DNA from: Verrucomicrobiota bacterium
Lineage (GTDB): Bacteria; Verrucomicrobiota; Verrucomicrobiia; Limisphaerales; Palsa-1400
Direction of reading: 5' to 3'
NCBI GenBank assembly: GCA_050014435.1
Contig: JBEKDI010000017.1
Coordinates: forward strand, 1,145 to 65,144
DNA length: 64,000 bases
In this document: piece by piece, positions 49,461 to 59,080 of the stretch
Layout of the letters: each line of letters starts with the position of its first letter
How positions within the stretch are numbered: position 1 is the stretch's first letter
The notes under the pieces: model-generated
What the model saw: the letters and a program-made list of their open reading frames with translations, nothing else
Told to the model about the DNA's origin: nothing
The model's database searches: none
Position numbers and translations under genes: made by a program

Positions 49461-50534
49461 TTATTCCACCACCACCGGCATCCCGATCCACACCAGCTTG
49501 ACCAGATAATCGGCGTTCCAGTTGGCCAGGCGAAAGCAACCATGCGATTCCGTGCGTCCCACCTGCTCCGGCGCGGGCGTCCCGTGAATGCCGTAGCCGG
49601 GCCGGTCCAGCCCGATCCAAGCCACGCCCACCGGATTATTCGGCCCGGGCGGAATAATTAATTTCCGGCCCAGCGCCTGGGCTTCGGGTGATTCCGGGAA
49701 AACGGCCGGGTCAAAGGTGTAATTTGGGGCCAGCGCAATCGTGGCCACGTGCAATTCCCCGGCGGGCCGTTTCTCCGCCAGCCGCCCGATGCTGCACGGG
49801 AAATGCGCCAGCAAGTTGCTTTCGGAATCGAATGCCTCCAGGACGCATTCCTGCAACGAAATTCTCAGCCGGGCCGCCTTGTCCGACACGGGCGGGTATT
49901 GGACTTGCGGGATCGTGACCGTCGTGCCGGCGGGCAGATCATCCCAATTGACGCCCGGGTTCAGCGCGCGGATCAGTTGCGGATGGGAAAAGGCCTTTTC
50001 GCCGAGCAATTCGACAATGTTCTCGAAGTCCAGGCGGGGCTGCTCGGATTTGCCGAGCCAGGTCTTGGGAACCGGCAACAGCCGCGCCAGGTCTTCGGCT
50101 GTGATGGCGTAGCCCGTCATCGCCGGAGGTGTGATGAGGAGGGCCGCCTTGGTGTTGGCATCCAGCGAACCGCTGGGGGGAATGCCCTGCTTCCGTTGAA
50201 AGGCCATCAAAGCGGATCGAGTCTGACGCCCGGCAACGCCATCAATTGAACCTGGGGAAATGCCCAATCGGACCAGTGCAATTTGCGCTTCCAGAATCGT
50301 TTCCACTGGACGAGCGCCGGAAGTGTTCAAGCGTAACACCGGAACAACGGCATTGGCGGCAATTTTGACGGGCGCAACAGGCGCCGGAACCGGCCGGCTT
50401 ACCGGCCCGGGCCGCGACCAGACCCAAAAGAAAAAACCGACAAGCGCGACGCAAAGAGATGCATAGACGAATGATTTGAAGGACTGGAAATATCCCGCGG
50501 AATGTCGCGCTTTTTTATAGGGCGTCGGCAGCAC
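49461..50534 (-). CDS. L,D-transpeptidase (YkuD) with peptidoglycan-binding domain
   Basis: Contains an N-terminal membrane anchor and a PG_binding_1-like segment 'GSIDGVAGRQTRSALMAFQRKQGI'. The YkuD active site is 'HGTPAPEQVGRTESHGCFRL'. Confidence 0.88.
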   Translation of the reverse strand: MLPTPYKKARHSAGYFQSFKSFVYASLCVALVGFFFWVWSRPGPVSRPVPAPVAPVKIAANAVVPVLRLNTSGARPVETILEAQIALVRLGISPGSIDGVAGRQTRSALMAFQRKQGIPPSGSLDANTKAALLITPPAMTGYAITAEDLARLLPVPKTWLGKSEQPRLDFENIVELLGEKAFSHPQLIRALNPGVNWDDLPAGTTVTIPQVQYPPVSDKAARLRISLQECVLEAFDSESNLLAHFPCSIGRLAEKRPAGELHVATIALAPNYTFDPAVFPESPEAQALGRKLIIPPGPNNPVGVAWIGLDRPGYGIHGTPAPEQVGRTESHGCFRLANWNADYLVKLVWIGMPVVVE

Positions 50535-50678
50535 GCAGGCAGAATATCACCAGAAACGGCTGCATCTGAAGCGCAAAGCGCATTAAGAAATCTGTAATTG
50601 GGATAAGTCTCGATCGGGGGAAAAGACGGCAAAGGGCAACAGCCCCAAATCTGCCACCACCAAAGAAGGCGGTCAGAA

Positions 50679-50882
50679 TCAAGCTTTGCTCTCGCGCAGA
50701 GCCAGCCGGTAAAATCGTTCCTTCCAGCCTAAAACCGCAACTTCCGGCCGCGACCGGCGCACCCGGCGCGTTGGAAGACTGAAGGTCGATACGCTGCTCT
50801 CCGAGGATGGCGATTCAACCGCGCACCGCTCCAGATCCTGGTTGGCGACTTCCACCGGCGAATTTTCAGCGTTTTGCTTCAT
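50679..50882 (-). CDS. Hypothetical small protein (67 aa): acidic/Ser-rich N-half, basic helical C-half
   Basis: By hand count, about two thirds of third codon positions are G/C, as in neighbouring genes. An AT-rich promoter-like tract (TACAAT, TATATAT) abuts the ATG. No homology recognised. Confidence 0.35.
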   Translation of the reverse strand: MKQNAENSPVEVANQDLERCAVESPSSESSVSTFSLPTRRVRRSRPEVAVLGWKERFYRLALRESKA

Positions 50883-51084
50883 ATATACTTATGTATTGTA
50901 AAGCATTACCGATGCCAACATGCGCAACAAAAAGCCAACGCAATCGTAATAACCGTTTGCGTATCAATTACTTATGCCATTTTGGATGAATTGCAGGGGA
51001 GAATAAAAGTCATGCCCTGCATCAATTTGAGCCCCAAAACGTGAAAAAATCCCCGCATTTGAGTGAAAATTTACCGCGTGAACC

Positions 51085-52680
51085 CTAGTTGAAAGACGCT
51101 GAGCCATCGTCAGCGATGGATTGCAAGTCATCCGGGGATTTTGCAGCATCCACCACCTTTGCGAATGCCGCGATTTCCTCAGCCGTGAAGACATCCAGAA
51201 GCGAGATTTTAAGCGGTCCGCGGCTGCCTTGGAGGGTAATGTGGTCCCATTGCGCGGACATGACCGAGGCCGAGAACTTTTGGATGCAGCGTCCACGGAT
51301 ATAAGCGCGGGTTGTCTGAGGAGGCTCGGAAATGGCGCGGAAGACGACCTTTTCATCCGGCACACCCATGATCGAGCCGGCCTGCTCAAGGGCATAGTAA
51401 AGCCCGGATTGGCGATCCAACCGATGGTATTCCAGATCAAGGCTTTGCAGCCAGGGGTCTGTGCTGCTGATATTCTGGGTTTTGCAGAAATCCTGAATCA
51501 AGGCCAGCTTCGCCACCCAATCCAAGCGGTTCCGGCAACGCATGGGGTCGGCTTCCAAGTCCAGCAACACTTTGTCCCAATCGGCCACGAGGGAGGCCTT
51601 GGCGGGATCGGCCAGATCGCACAGCTTGTTGACGGCCAGCCAGTATTCGCGCTGCAAGGCCAGGGCGTTGGAGCATTTGTTGCCCTGCAACGCCACTTCC
51701 CAATGGAATCTCGGGTCGCGGGAGATGGCCGTCAGGGCCTGCAACGGGTCGGCCAGCGTGGGATAGACGCGTTTGGGATCCCGCGCCATGGCTTCCAGCA
51801 CCAGCGCGGTCGAGCCAATCTTCAGCCGCGTGGCGAATGGCGACATGTTGGCGTCGCCCAATATGACGTGAAAGCGGCGGAACAGATTCGGGTTGGCGTG
51901 CGGCTCATCGCGTGTATTGACAATGGGCCGGCGCTGCATGGTGTCAACGCTTTGCAATTCGCTGAAAAAGTCGCTGCGTTGGGAGATCTGGAAACCGGGT
52001 GAGACGAATCTGTCCTCCTCCTCGATGGCGAATTTGCCCGCGCCGGCAATGATCTGGCGCGTGACCAGGAAAGCCTGGACGCCGGCGGCCAGCTTTTCCC
52101 AAGGCAGGGAGCGCGGCAGCAGGTAATTCTCATGGCACCCGTAACTGTGCCCACGGAAATCCGTGTTGTTTTTGTAAAGGCGGACGGTGGAGCCGCGCTC
52201 CTCGGAAAGCTTGCGGGCGCAACACATCAGGATGCGTTCCCCGGCGCGGTCATGGGCAATCAACTCATCCAGCGTGCTGCACTCCGGCGTGCAATACTCC
52301 GGATGGGCATGGTCGTTGTAATAACGGGCGCCGTTGCCCAGCACAAGATCGCTCTTGATTTCCACAAAACTCAGTTCCCGGGCCGAGTCCTGGGCGAAAT
52401 ACGAAGTCTCATCGGTGTCCTGCCGCAGTTCCTCGACGTGGAATCCGCGCATGTCGGCGTGGGGATCCTCGCATTCGTAATCCCAGCGCATAAGAACGCC
52501 GGACTTTGTGGCGCTGCGCACCAACGCCATGGACTCGGCCACCACGTCCAGATTCTCTTCCGTGTCCCTGGCAATGCCGATCTCCGTCTCGGTGCCGAAC
52601 TGGATGATCATCCTCTCCTTGTTATTGTCCGGGGCCGCTTCGGCCTTGCTGGCAAACTCGTTTTCAGCCTGCGTTTTCAT
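51085..52680 (-). CDS. dop: Pup-ligase/deamidase family enzyme, Dop-like
   Basis: 'FGTETEIG', 'RWDYECEDPHADMRGF', 'YYNDHAHPEYCTPEC', 'LYKNNTDFRGHSYGCHENYLL' and 'FLVTRQIIAGAGK'. The segment between the first strand and 'DHAHPEY' is long, as in mycobacterial Dop rather than PafA. This comparison is from memory. Confidence 0.85.
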   Translation of the reverse strand: MKTQAENEFASKAEAAPDNNKERMIIQFGTETEIGIARDTEENLDVVAESMALVRSATKSGVLMRWDYECEDPHADMRGFHVEELRQDTDETSYFAQDSARELSFVEIKSDLVLGNGARYYNDHAHPEYCTPECSTLDELIAHDRAGERILMCCARKLSEERGSTVRLYKNNTDFRGHSYGCHENYLLPRSLPWEKLAAGVQAFLVTRQIIAGAGKFAIEEEDRFVSPGFQISQRSDFFSELQSVDTMQRRPIVNTRDEPHANPNLFRRFHVILGDANMSPFATRLKIGSTALVLEAMARDPKRVYPTLADPLQALTAISRDPRFHWEVALQGNKCSNALALQREYWLAVNKLCDLADPAKASLVADWDKVLLDLEADPMRCRNRLDWVAKLALIQDFCKTQNISSTDPWLQSLDLEYHRLDRQSGLYYALEQAGSIMGVPDEKVVFRAISEPPQTTRAYIRGRCIQKFSASVMSAQWDHITLQGSRGPLKISLLDVFTAEEIAAFAKVVDAAKSPDDLQSIADDGSASFN

Positions 52681-52701
52681 AATGCCGCCGGGCTGCTCAA
52701 T

Positions 52702-54414
52702 TCAAACAACGCCCGTTCCGGGCAAGTCCTTCTTGCGCGGCCGGATCGGAGCCAGCTTGATCACGTTTTCGGGATCGAAGTCGGTCAGCTTCAGCCAGTC
52801 TTCCGTCACGTCCGTGGGAGGAAACAGGTCGTTTTCGGCGTATTCCTTTTGCAAGGCGAGGAGAAGGTCGGCGCGGGACAATTGCGTGTCGAGTTTGGTC
52901 TGGATGGAGCGCTTGATGGCCAGGCTTTTGGCCCGCTCCACCACTGCGGCAATAATCGCCCCGCTGGCCAGGTCGCCGCGGTAAAGAAAATCCCGTTTGC
53001 CGCTGCGATAGGTCACTTCCAAAAACTGGTTCTCCGGCGTGTGCGCGTAATGGGCCTCGGCCAGGGCGGCGGCCAGCGCTGCCTTCGGCTCATCCAGAGG
53101 CAGGCTGTCCTTGAGATAAATCTCGTAAATCCTTTGCGCGCCTTCCTGGTCAGGCCGGTTGACCTTGATTTTCCGGTCGATACGCCCCGGGCGCAGGATG
53201 GCCGGATCAATCAGGTCCGCCCGGTTGGAAGCCAGGATGACCACAACATTTTGCAGCGGCTCCAACCCGTCCATTTCCGAGCAGAACATCGGCACCAACG
53301 TGCTCAGGATGCTGCTGTAGCGGCCGGCCCGGCGCGTGCCCAGTATGGATTCCGCCTCGTCGATGAAGAGGAAGGCCAGCGAGCCGTCCGCCGCCCGCTC
53401 GCGGCATTGGGCAAACAGATCGCGCACCTGCCGTTCGGATTCTCCCACCCACATGTTGAGAATCTCCGGGCCTTTGACGTGCAGGAAAAATTCCGGCCGG
53501 TCGATTCCCGTCTCGGCGCGGATTTGCTCCCGGAGATTATGGGCGGTGGCTTTGCCGAGCAAGGTCTTGCCGCAACCGGGCGGCCCGTGCAGCAAAAAGC
53601 CCTTGGGCACATTGTGTTCGAAGCGCTTGAACAATTCCCGGTGCAAAAACGGAAGTTCGATCGTGTCCCGAATCGCCTGCACCGCCTCGGCCTGCCCGCC
53701 CACGGCCTCCCACGGGATGGCGGTCACGGTTTCGAGAGAACGTTCGATGCGTTTGCCAACGCCGATCACTTCCAAGGCCACGCGTTGGTTGACATCCAGA
53801 CGCACCTCCATGCCGGGTTTGAGTTTTTCCTTGGCCAACAGCGAGGAACGAAGCAGCACTGAGCAAAGCAATCCCGCCTCCTGTCCGATGCGCAGCCGGC
53901 CGTTGGAGAGCAGCTCGTCGATCCGCACTATCGGGCCGTTGCGGTCGAAGCCAAGGCTCTGCACGACGGCAAAAGCCTCATTCAGGAGCACGCGCTGGCC
54001 GACTTGCAGGCTGGCCAGGGGAATTTGCGGATCCAGCCGGCAAACATAGTCCGTGCCTCCCACGCAAACATGCCCCTTGTCCGGCTCCAGCGGCATGAGG
54101 AAAGTGCCGACACGGAAAGCGGGCGAACGCAATTTCTCGATAATGGCATCCAGTTTTTCGATGGTTTGGCGCGCCTGATCGTTGAGTTCCTCGACCTCCA
54201 CGATGCGGTCGCGCAAATAGACCATGTCCATGAGCGAATTGTGGCGCGGGGGTAATTTGGCCGTGATCATATCGACCAACTGCAAAAGCGACAGGACATC
54301 AAGCTGCTCGCGGGAAAAAACCACCGGTTCAGGCGCCGCCGCCGTGGGGGCATCGAGGGGACGGATTTTGTTTGCGGAACTCCCTGCTGCCGGCTTCTTC
54401 TTGGACTCTGCCAT
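52702..54414 (-). CDS. Mpa/ARC-type AAA+ ATPase (proteasome-ATPase family)
   Basis: N-terminal heptad-like helix 'LRDRIVEVEELNDQARQTIEKLDAIIEKLRSP' is followed by OB-like region(s). Walker A is 'GPPGCGKT' and Walker B is 'FLFIDEAES'. The C-terminus '...DLPGTGVV' has no GQYL-type tail. Confidence 0.85.
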   Translation of the reverse strand: MAESKKKPAAGSSANKIRPLDAPTAAAPEPVVFSREQLDVLSLLQLVDMITAKLPPRHNSLMDMVYLRDRIVEVEELNDQARQTIEKLDAIIEKLRSPAFRVGTFLMPLEPDKGHVCVGGTDYVCRLDPQIPLASLQVGQRVLLNEAFAVVQSLGFDRNGPIVRIDELLSNGRLRIGQEAGLLCSVLLRSSLLAKEKLKPGMEVRLDVNQRVALEVIGVGKRIERSLETVTAIPWEAVGGQAEAVQAIRDTIELPFLHRELFKRFEHNVPKGFLLHGPPGCGKTLLGKATAHNLREQIRAETGIDRPEFFLHVKGPEILNMWVGESERQVRDLFAQCRERAADGSLAFLFIDEAESILGTRRAGRYSSILSTLVPMFCSEMDGLEPLQNVVVILASNRADLIDPAILRPGRIDRKIKVNRPDQEGAQRIYEIYLKDSLPLDEPKAALAAALAEAHYAHTPENQFLEVTYRSGKRDFLYRGDLASGAIIAAVVERAKSLAIKRSIQTKLDTQLSRADLLLALQKEYAENDLFPPTDVTEDWLKLTDFDPENVIKLAPIRPRKKDLPGTGVV

Positions 54415-54497
54415 GCCCCTAAACTTAGGCGCGGCCGGAGCTTTTGCAAACGATTATCAAAAGTATAAGCAAAATTGATGCAACTTTCGGAATCTTT

Positions 54498-55919
54498 TCA
54501 CTTCAGCTTCCGCTCGAGTATCTCGCCGGCGAGGCCGGGATTGGCTTTGCCTTTGCTCAGTTTCATCACCTGGCCCTTGAGAAAATTCAGCGCCGCCACT
54601 TTGCCGGCCTTGTAATCCGCCGCCGGCCCCGGATGGGCGGCGATGGCTTGATCGCAAAAAGCTTCGATGGCCCCGGCATCGCTGACCTGGGCCAGCCCCT
54701 TTTTCTCGACGATGGCGCCGGGGGATTCGCCGCTGGCAAACATTTCCACAAAAACCTGCTGGCCCATGGAATTGCTGATTTTTTTGCTCTCCACCAAATC
54801 GATCAGCTCGAGGATGTGTTCAGGCTTGAATTTCAAATCGGCCAGGGTCGTGCCGGTGTCCGTTAATTTGGCGCGCAGGTTGTTGATGATCCAATTGGCC
54901 GCGGCTTTGGGATTCTTGCAGCGCCGGGCCAGTGATTCGAAATAGGCGCCGAGAGGCGCGTCCCACACAAATGTTTGGGCGTCGGAGGCCGGCAATTGAT
55001 AGTCGCGCATGAACCGCTGTTTCTTGGCCAGCGGCAGCTCCACCACCCTTTGTTTGACTTCCCCGATCCACGCGTCCGTCGGCTCGAAAGGCATCAAGTC
55101 CGGTTCGGGGAAGTAGCGGTAGTCATGGGCCATCTCCTTGCTTCTCATGGCTTCGGTAGCCCCGGCCTCGTCGTCCCACCGGCGCGTTTCCTGGCTCAAT
55201 TTGCCGCCGCGCTCCAGCACCCCGATTTGCCGCGGAATTTCGTACTCCAGCGCCCGCCGCGCCCCGCTGAAGGTGTTCATGTTCTTGATTTCGATCTTCT
55301 TACCCAATTCCGTGGAACCCACTGGACGGACGCTGACGTTGACATCGCAACGCACCATGCCTTTTTCCATGTCAGCATCACTCACTCCGCCATAGACCAA
55401 GATGTCCTTGAGCGCGTTGAGATAATCGTAGGCCATGGCGGCGCTGGTGATTTCCGGCTCGGAAACAATTTCCAGCAACGGCACCCCGGCCCGGTTGAAA
55501 TCAACCCCGCTGTTGCGCTCGAAATGGATATTCTTCCCCACGTCCTCCTCCAAATGCGCCCGGGTGATGTTGACCCGCGAAATGCCGCCGTTGAACTCGA
55601 AATCGATGTATCCCTTCAAGGTCGAAGGTTTGTCGTATTGCGTGATTTGGTAATTCTTGGGCATGTCCGGATAGAAATAATTCTTCCGGTCGAATTTGGC
55701 ATAGGGAGGAATCGCGCAGTTGAGCAACAGGCCGGTCAGGACGGTCAGGCGCAGGGCTTCCTCGTTGGCCACCGGCAAAACGCCGGGCAACCCGAGGCAA
55801 ACAGGACAAACATGCGTGTTGGGCGGCGCGCCGAATTGATTGGCGCAACCGCACCACATTTTCGATTTGGTTTTTAGCTGGACATGGGTTTCAAGCCCGA
55901 TCACCGCTTCGTAATTCAT
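54498..55919 (-). CDS. gatB: Asp-tRNA(Asn)/Glu-tRNA(Gln) amidotransferase subunit B
   Basis: 'YEAVIGLETHVQL', 'CPVCLGLPGVLP' and the C-terminal GatB/YqeY domain. Confidence 0.96.
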   Translation of the reverse strand: MNYEAVIGLETHVQLKTKSKMWCGCANQFGAPPNTHVCPVCLGLPGVLPVANEEALRLTVLTGLLLNCAIPPYAKFDRKNYFYPDMPKNYQITQYDKPSTLKGYIDFEFNGGISRVNITRAHLEEDVGKNIHFERNSGVDFNRAGVPLLEIVSEPEITSAAMAYDYLNALKDILVYGGVSDADMEKGMVRCDVNVSVRPVGSTELGKKIEIKNMNTFSGARRALEYEIPRQIGVLERGGKLSQETRRWDDEAGATEAMRSKEMAHDYRYFPEPDLMPFEPTDAWIGEVKQRVVELPLAKKQRFMRDYQLPASDAQTFVWDAPLGAYFESLARRCKNPKAAANWIINNLRAKLTDTGTTLADLKFKPEHILELIDLVESKKISNSMGQQVFVEMFASGESPGAIVEKKGLAQVSDAGAIEAFCDQAIAAHPGPAADYKAGKVAALNFLKGQVMKLSKGKANPGLAGEILERKLK

Positions 55920-58105
55920 TTGGGCAGATAATAGAGGCGGGTGTAATCCTGCACCATGCGCCAGGTGTCGAAGCGCGGCACCAGCGTGCTCATGGCGCGG
56001 CGGATTCTATGAATCCACTGGCGCGGGACGCCCCGGTCGTCGCGATTGTAAAAGGTGGGAATGACTTCCTCGGTCAGGGCCTTGTAGAGGTTGGCGCTGT
56101 CCTGTTTGTCCTGGGCCTCGATCGAGGAAGGATGATCGTCGCCGCCGATGGCGAATCCGTTGGTTCCGTCGTAGCCCTCACGCCACCAGCCGTCCATGAT
56201 GCTCAGATTCAGGCAGCCATGACAGCCGGCTTTCTGGCCGCTGGTGCCGGAGGCTTCCAGGGGCCGGCGCGGATTATTCAGCCAGACATCGCAGCCGGAG
56301 ACCATGGACCGGGCCACATGGACATCGTAATTCTCAATGAAAACCAAGTGTCCCTTCAATTCGCTGTACTTGCTCAGATGTATGATGCGCTGGATGAACT
56401 TCTTTCCTTCATCGTCGCGCGGATGGGCTTTGCCGGCGAAAATGAATTGCACCGGCCGCTTGCGGTTGTTGACCAGCTTGATGACGTCCTCCAGCCTGTC
56501 AAAAATGAGGGGGGCGCGCTTGTAGGTGGCGAAGCGCCGGGCAAATCCAATGGTGAGCGCATCCACGCTCAACAGTTGATCAAAGGCGATAAAATCGGAA
56601 TGGGACGTGCCCAGTCCGAGCCTGCGGCGGGCAAACTCAATCAATTCGCGGCGCAGTCTGAAGCGCAAGGCCCACAGTTCTTCGTCGGAAATGAAATTGT
56701 GATCCTCCAACTTCTGCCAGAACTCCTTGGAATTGACCTCCTTCTCCAGCGAAACGGCACGGCTGCGGTGCCAAAAGGTTGTGGTTTCACCTTCGGACGG
56801 ATCCCGCTGCATTGCGGCGCCGGAAAGTTTCCGCAGCCAGAATTTCCGCACCGGCCCTTTCATCCAGCCCGTCAGGTGAATGCCGTTGGTGATATGACCA
56901 ATGGGCACTTTATCCACCGGCAGGTCCGGCCAGAGGCAGTTCCACATTTGCCGGCTGACTTGGCCGTGCAATTCACTGACACCGTTGGCGGCGCGCGATA
57001 GTTTCAGTCCCAGCACTGTCATGCAGAAGGTTTCTTGCGCGTTGTGCGGATCCACCCGGCCCAGGGCCATCAATCCGTCGAGGGACAGTTTGAGCTGGTC
57101 CATCATCTTGCGCAGCCCGTAAACAATCAGGTCGCTGTTGAAGCGGTCATGCCCGGCTTCGACCGGCGTGTGTGTGGTGAAGATGCATTGCTGTTTGGTT
57201 TGGGCTTGCGCCTCGGCAAAGGAAAGGCCGCCCGCCAGTTTTTCACGGAGCAATTCCAGGGTCAAAAAGGCGGCGTGCCCCTCATTCATGTGGAAGACCG
57301 ACGGGGCAATGCCCAGGGCGCGAAGCAGCCGCACCCCGCCGACACCCAGCAGCACTTCCTGCATGAGGCGCATCGTGTTGTCGCCGCCATAGACGCGGCG
57401 GGTCAAATCCCGGTGATGCGGCGCGTTCTCGGGCCGGTTGGCATCGAGCAGAAAGACCGGGACGCGACCCACGTTGGCGCGCCAGGCCTGGAAATAGACA
57501 GTCGTCAATTCGATTTCCACCGAGCAAACCACCGGCTGGCCTTTGGCGTCGAGCACCGGCTCCAGCGGCAGATTGTCCGGGTTGAGCAGGGTGTAATATT
57601 CGGTCTGCCAGTTGTCCGCGTTGAATTGCTGTTGAAAATAGCCTTCGCGATAAAACAGGCTGATGCCGGCGAAGCCGATGTTGAGGTCGCTGGCTGATTT
57701 GGCGTGGTCGCCCGCCAAAATGCCCAACCCGCCGGCGGCGATGGGCAGGGTTTCGTGAAAGCCGAATTCCGCCGAAAAATAAGCGACCGGATTTTGCAGT
57801 AGGGCCGGGGCATTCTGGCGGCCCCAGGTCTCTTTGTCAGTGAGGTAGGCATCGAAATCGCCCAGGACTTGCTGGACGCGGCGGGCGAACTCGGTGTCTT
57901 GCAGGCGGACGCGCAGCTCATAATCGGACACCTCGTGCAGGACGGCCACGGCGTTGTGGTAAAGGTTCTGCCAGCAACGGGGAGAAAGCTCGGAAAAGAT
58001 TTCCTGCGCCCCCTGATTCCACGTCCACCACAGGTTATGGGCAAGACGATTAAGGTTGGCAATGATTTTGGTCAGCTCTTCGGGCGGCAAAGGTGCAGTG
58101 CTCAT
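55916..58105 (-). CDS. glgP: Alpha-glucan phosphorylase (GlgP/maltodextrin phosphorylase-type, GT35)
   Basis: Start placed at ATG 58105 (MSTAPLPPEEL). Motifs are 'LAHNLWWTWN', 'YFSAEFG', 'AGGLGILAGDH' and the PLP-Lys context 'EASGTSGQKA'. The tracked 1050-aa ORF continues upstream only as antisense of the ExeA-like gene. Confidence 0.9.
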   Translation of the reverse strand: MSTAPLPPEELTKIIANLNRLAHNLWWTWNQGAQEIFSELSPRCWQNLYHNAVAVLHEVSDYELRVRLQDTEFARRVQQVLGDFDAYLTDKETWGRQNAPALLQNPVAYFSAEFGFHETLPIAAGGLGILAGDHAKSASDLNIGFAGISLFYREGYFQQQFNADNWQTEYYTLLNPDNLPLEPVLDAKGQPVVCSVEIELTTVYFQAWRANVGRVPVFLLDANRPENAPHHRDLTRRVYGGDNTMRLMQEVLLGVGGVRLLRALGIAPSVFHMNEGHAAFLTLELLREKLAGGLSFAEAQAQTKQQCIFTTHTPVEAGHDRFNSDLIVYGLRKMMDQLKLSLDGLMALGRVDPHNAQETFCMTVLGLKLSRAANGVSELHGQVSRQMWNCLWPDLPVDKVPIGHITNGIHLTGWMKGPVRKFWLRKLSGAAMQRDPSEGETTTFWHRSRAVSLEKEVNSKEFWQKLEDHNFISDEELWALRFRLRRELIEFARRRLGLGTSHSDFIAFDQLLSVDALTIGFARRFATYKRAPLIFDRLEDVIKLVNNRKRPVQFIFAGKAHPRDDEGKKFIQRIIHLSKYSELKGHLVFIENYDVHVARSMVSGCDVWLNNPRRPLEASGTSGQKAGCHGCLNLSIMDGWWREGYDGTNGFAIGGDDHPSSIEAQDKQDSANLYKALTEEVIPTFYNRDDRGVPRQWIHRIRRAMSTLVPRFDTWRMVQDYTRLYYLPK

Positions 58106-58264
58106 AGGTTCCAAACGGCCATTCGCATTTCGCGAACATCCCCTAAATAAGACATGCCGCGGCCCGATTGCGCAACTCATTTTGTGCAAATCCCAGGACG
58201 AAACTCGAAGGAACCGGGAGAAAACAAGCTTGAATAAACATCCCGCTGAAGGTAATCCACGGGC

Positions 58265-59080
58265 GTGTACTTGGAATATTACGGGCTGAAAGAACCGCCC
58301 TTCAACATCACCCCGAATCCGCGGTTCCTGTTCTACAGCGCCAAGCATCGTGAAGCCTTCAACCATCTGCTTTACGGCATCCGCGAACGGAAAGGCTTTG
58401 TGCAGTTGACCGGCGAGGTGGGCGCGGGCAAAACCACCCTCTGCCGCGCCTTGCTCGAACAATTGGGGCCGGAGTTCTCCACCGCCTTGATCCTGAACCC
58501 GGTGCTGGACGCCGAGCAATTGGTCAAGGCCATCGCCATGGAATTGAATTTGCAGGTCAAGGGCCTGGATCGGCTGGAAACACTGGCCGAGATCAACCGC
58601 TTCCTCCTGCAGCAGGTCGAGCACCACAAGGACACCGTTCTGATTATTGACGAGGCGCAGGATTTGACGCGCGAATTGCTCGAGCAGGTGCGGCTGTTGT
58701 CCAATTTGGAAACAGACGAGCGCAAGCTCCTGCAAATCATCCTGATGGGCCAGCCGGAATTGCGCGACCGGCTCAATGATCATTCCTTGCGTCAATTGCG
58801 CCAGCGCATCACGGTGCGTTTTCACTTGAATCCCCTCAGAAGCTCCGAAATCCGCCAGTACATCCAGCACCGCCTCCACGTGTCCGGCGCGAATGGCGCG
58901 CCTTATTTTACCTCGCCTGCCGTGTGGCTGATTTACCGTTACAGCCGCGGCATCCCGCGCCTCATCAACGCCGTCTGCGATAAATGCCTCCTCGCCGGCT
59001 TTGTCCAGCAACGCGACAGAATCGATTTTGGCATGGTGCGCCGCGCTACGCGTGAATTGGAAGGACACATCGAATTATGA
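58265..59080 (+). CDS. ExeA/GspA-like AAA ATPase
   Basis: GTG start (V/MYLEYYGLKEPPF), Walker A 'GEVGAGKTTL' and Walker B 'LIIDEAQ'. The ExeA-typical N-terminus is 'FGLKE.PF...P...F'. Confidence 0.85.
   Translation: MYLEYYGLKEPPFNITPNPRFLFYSAKHREAFNHLLYGIRERKGFVQLTGEVGAGKTTLCRALLEQLGPEFSTALILNPVLDAEQLVKAIAMELNLQVKGLDRLETLAEINRFLLQQVEHHKDTVLIIDEAQDLTRELLEQVRLLSNLETDERKLLQIILMGQPELRDRLNDHSLRQLRQRITVRFHLNPLRSSEIRQYIQHRLHVSGANGAPYFTSPAVWLIYRYSRGIPRLINAVCDKCLLAGFVQQRDRIDFGMVRRATRELEGHIEL

Noticed and set aside
52681-52701. Looked for a hidden modifier ORF between the AAA ATPase and the Dop-like gene, and in 54415-54497 upstream of the ATPase
   Set aside because: The spacers are only 21 nt and 83 nt, too short for even a minimal Pup/UBact.
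55916-59068. A single 1050-aa minus-strand ORF in the track
   Set aside because: Only the part from ATG 58105 downstream is homologous to alpha-glucan phosphorylase. The upstream ~320 codons are the stop-free antisense of the well-supported ExeA-like gene (58265..59080, plus strand) and have no protein-like features.
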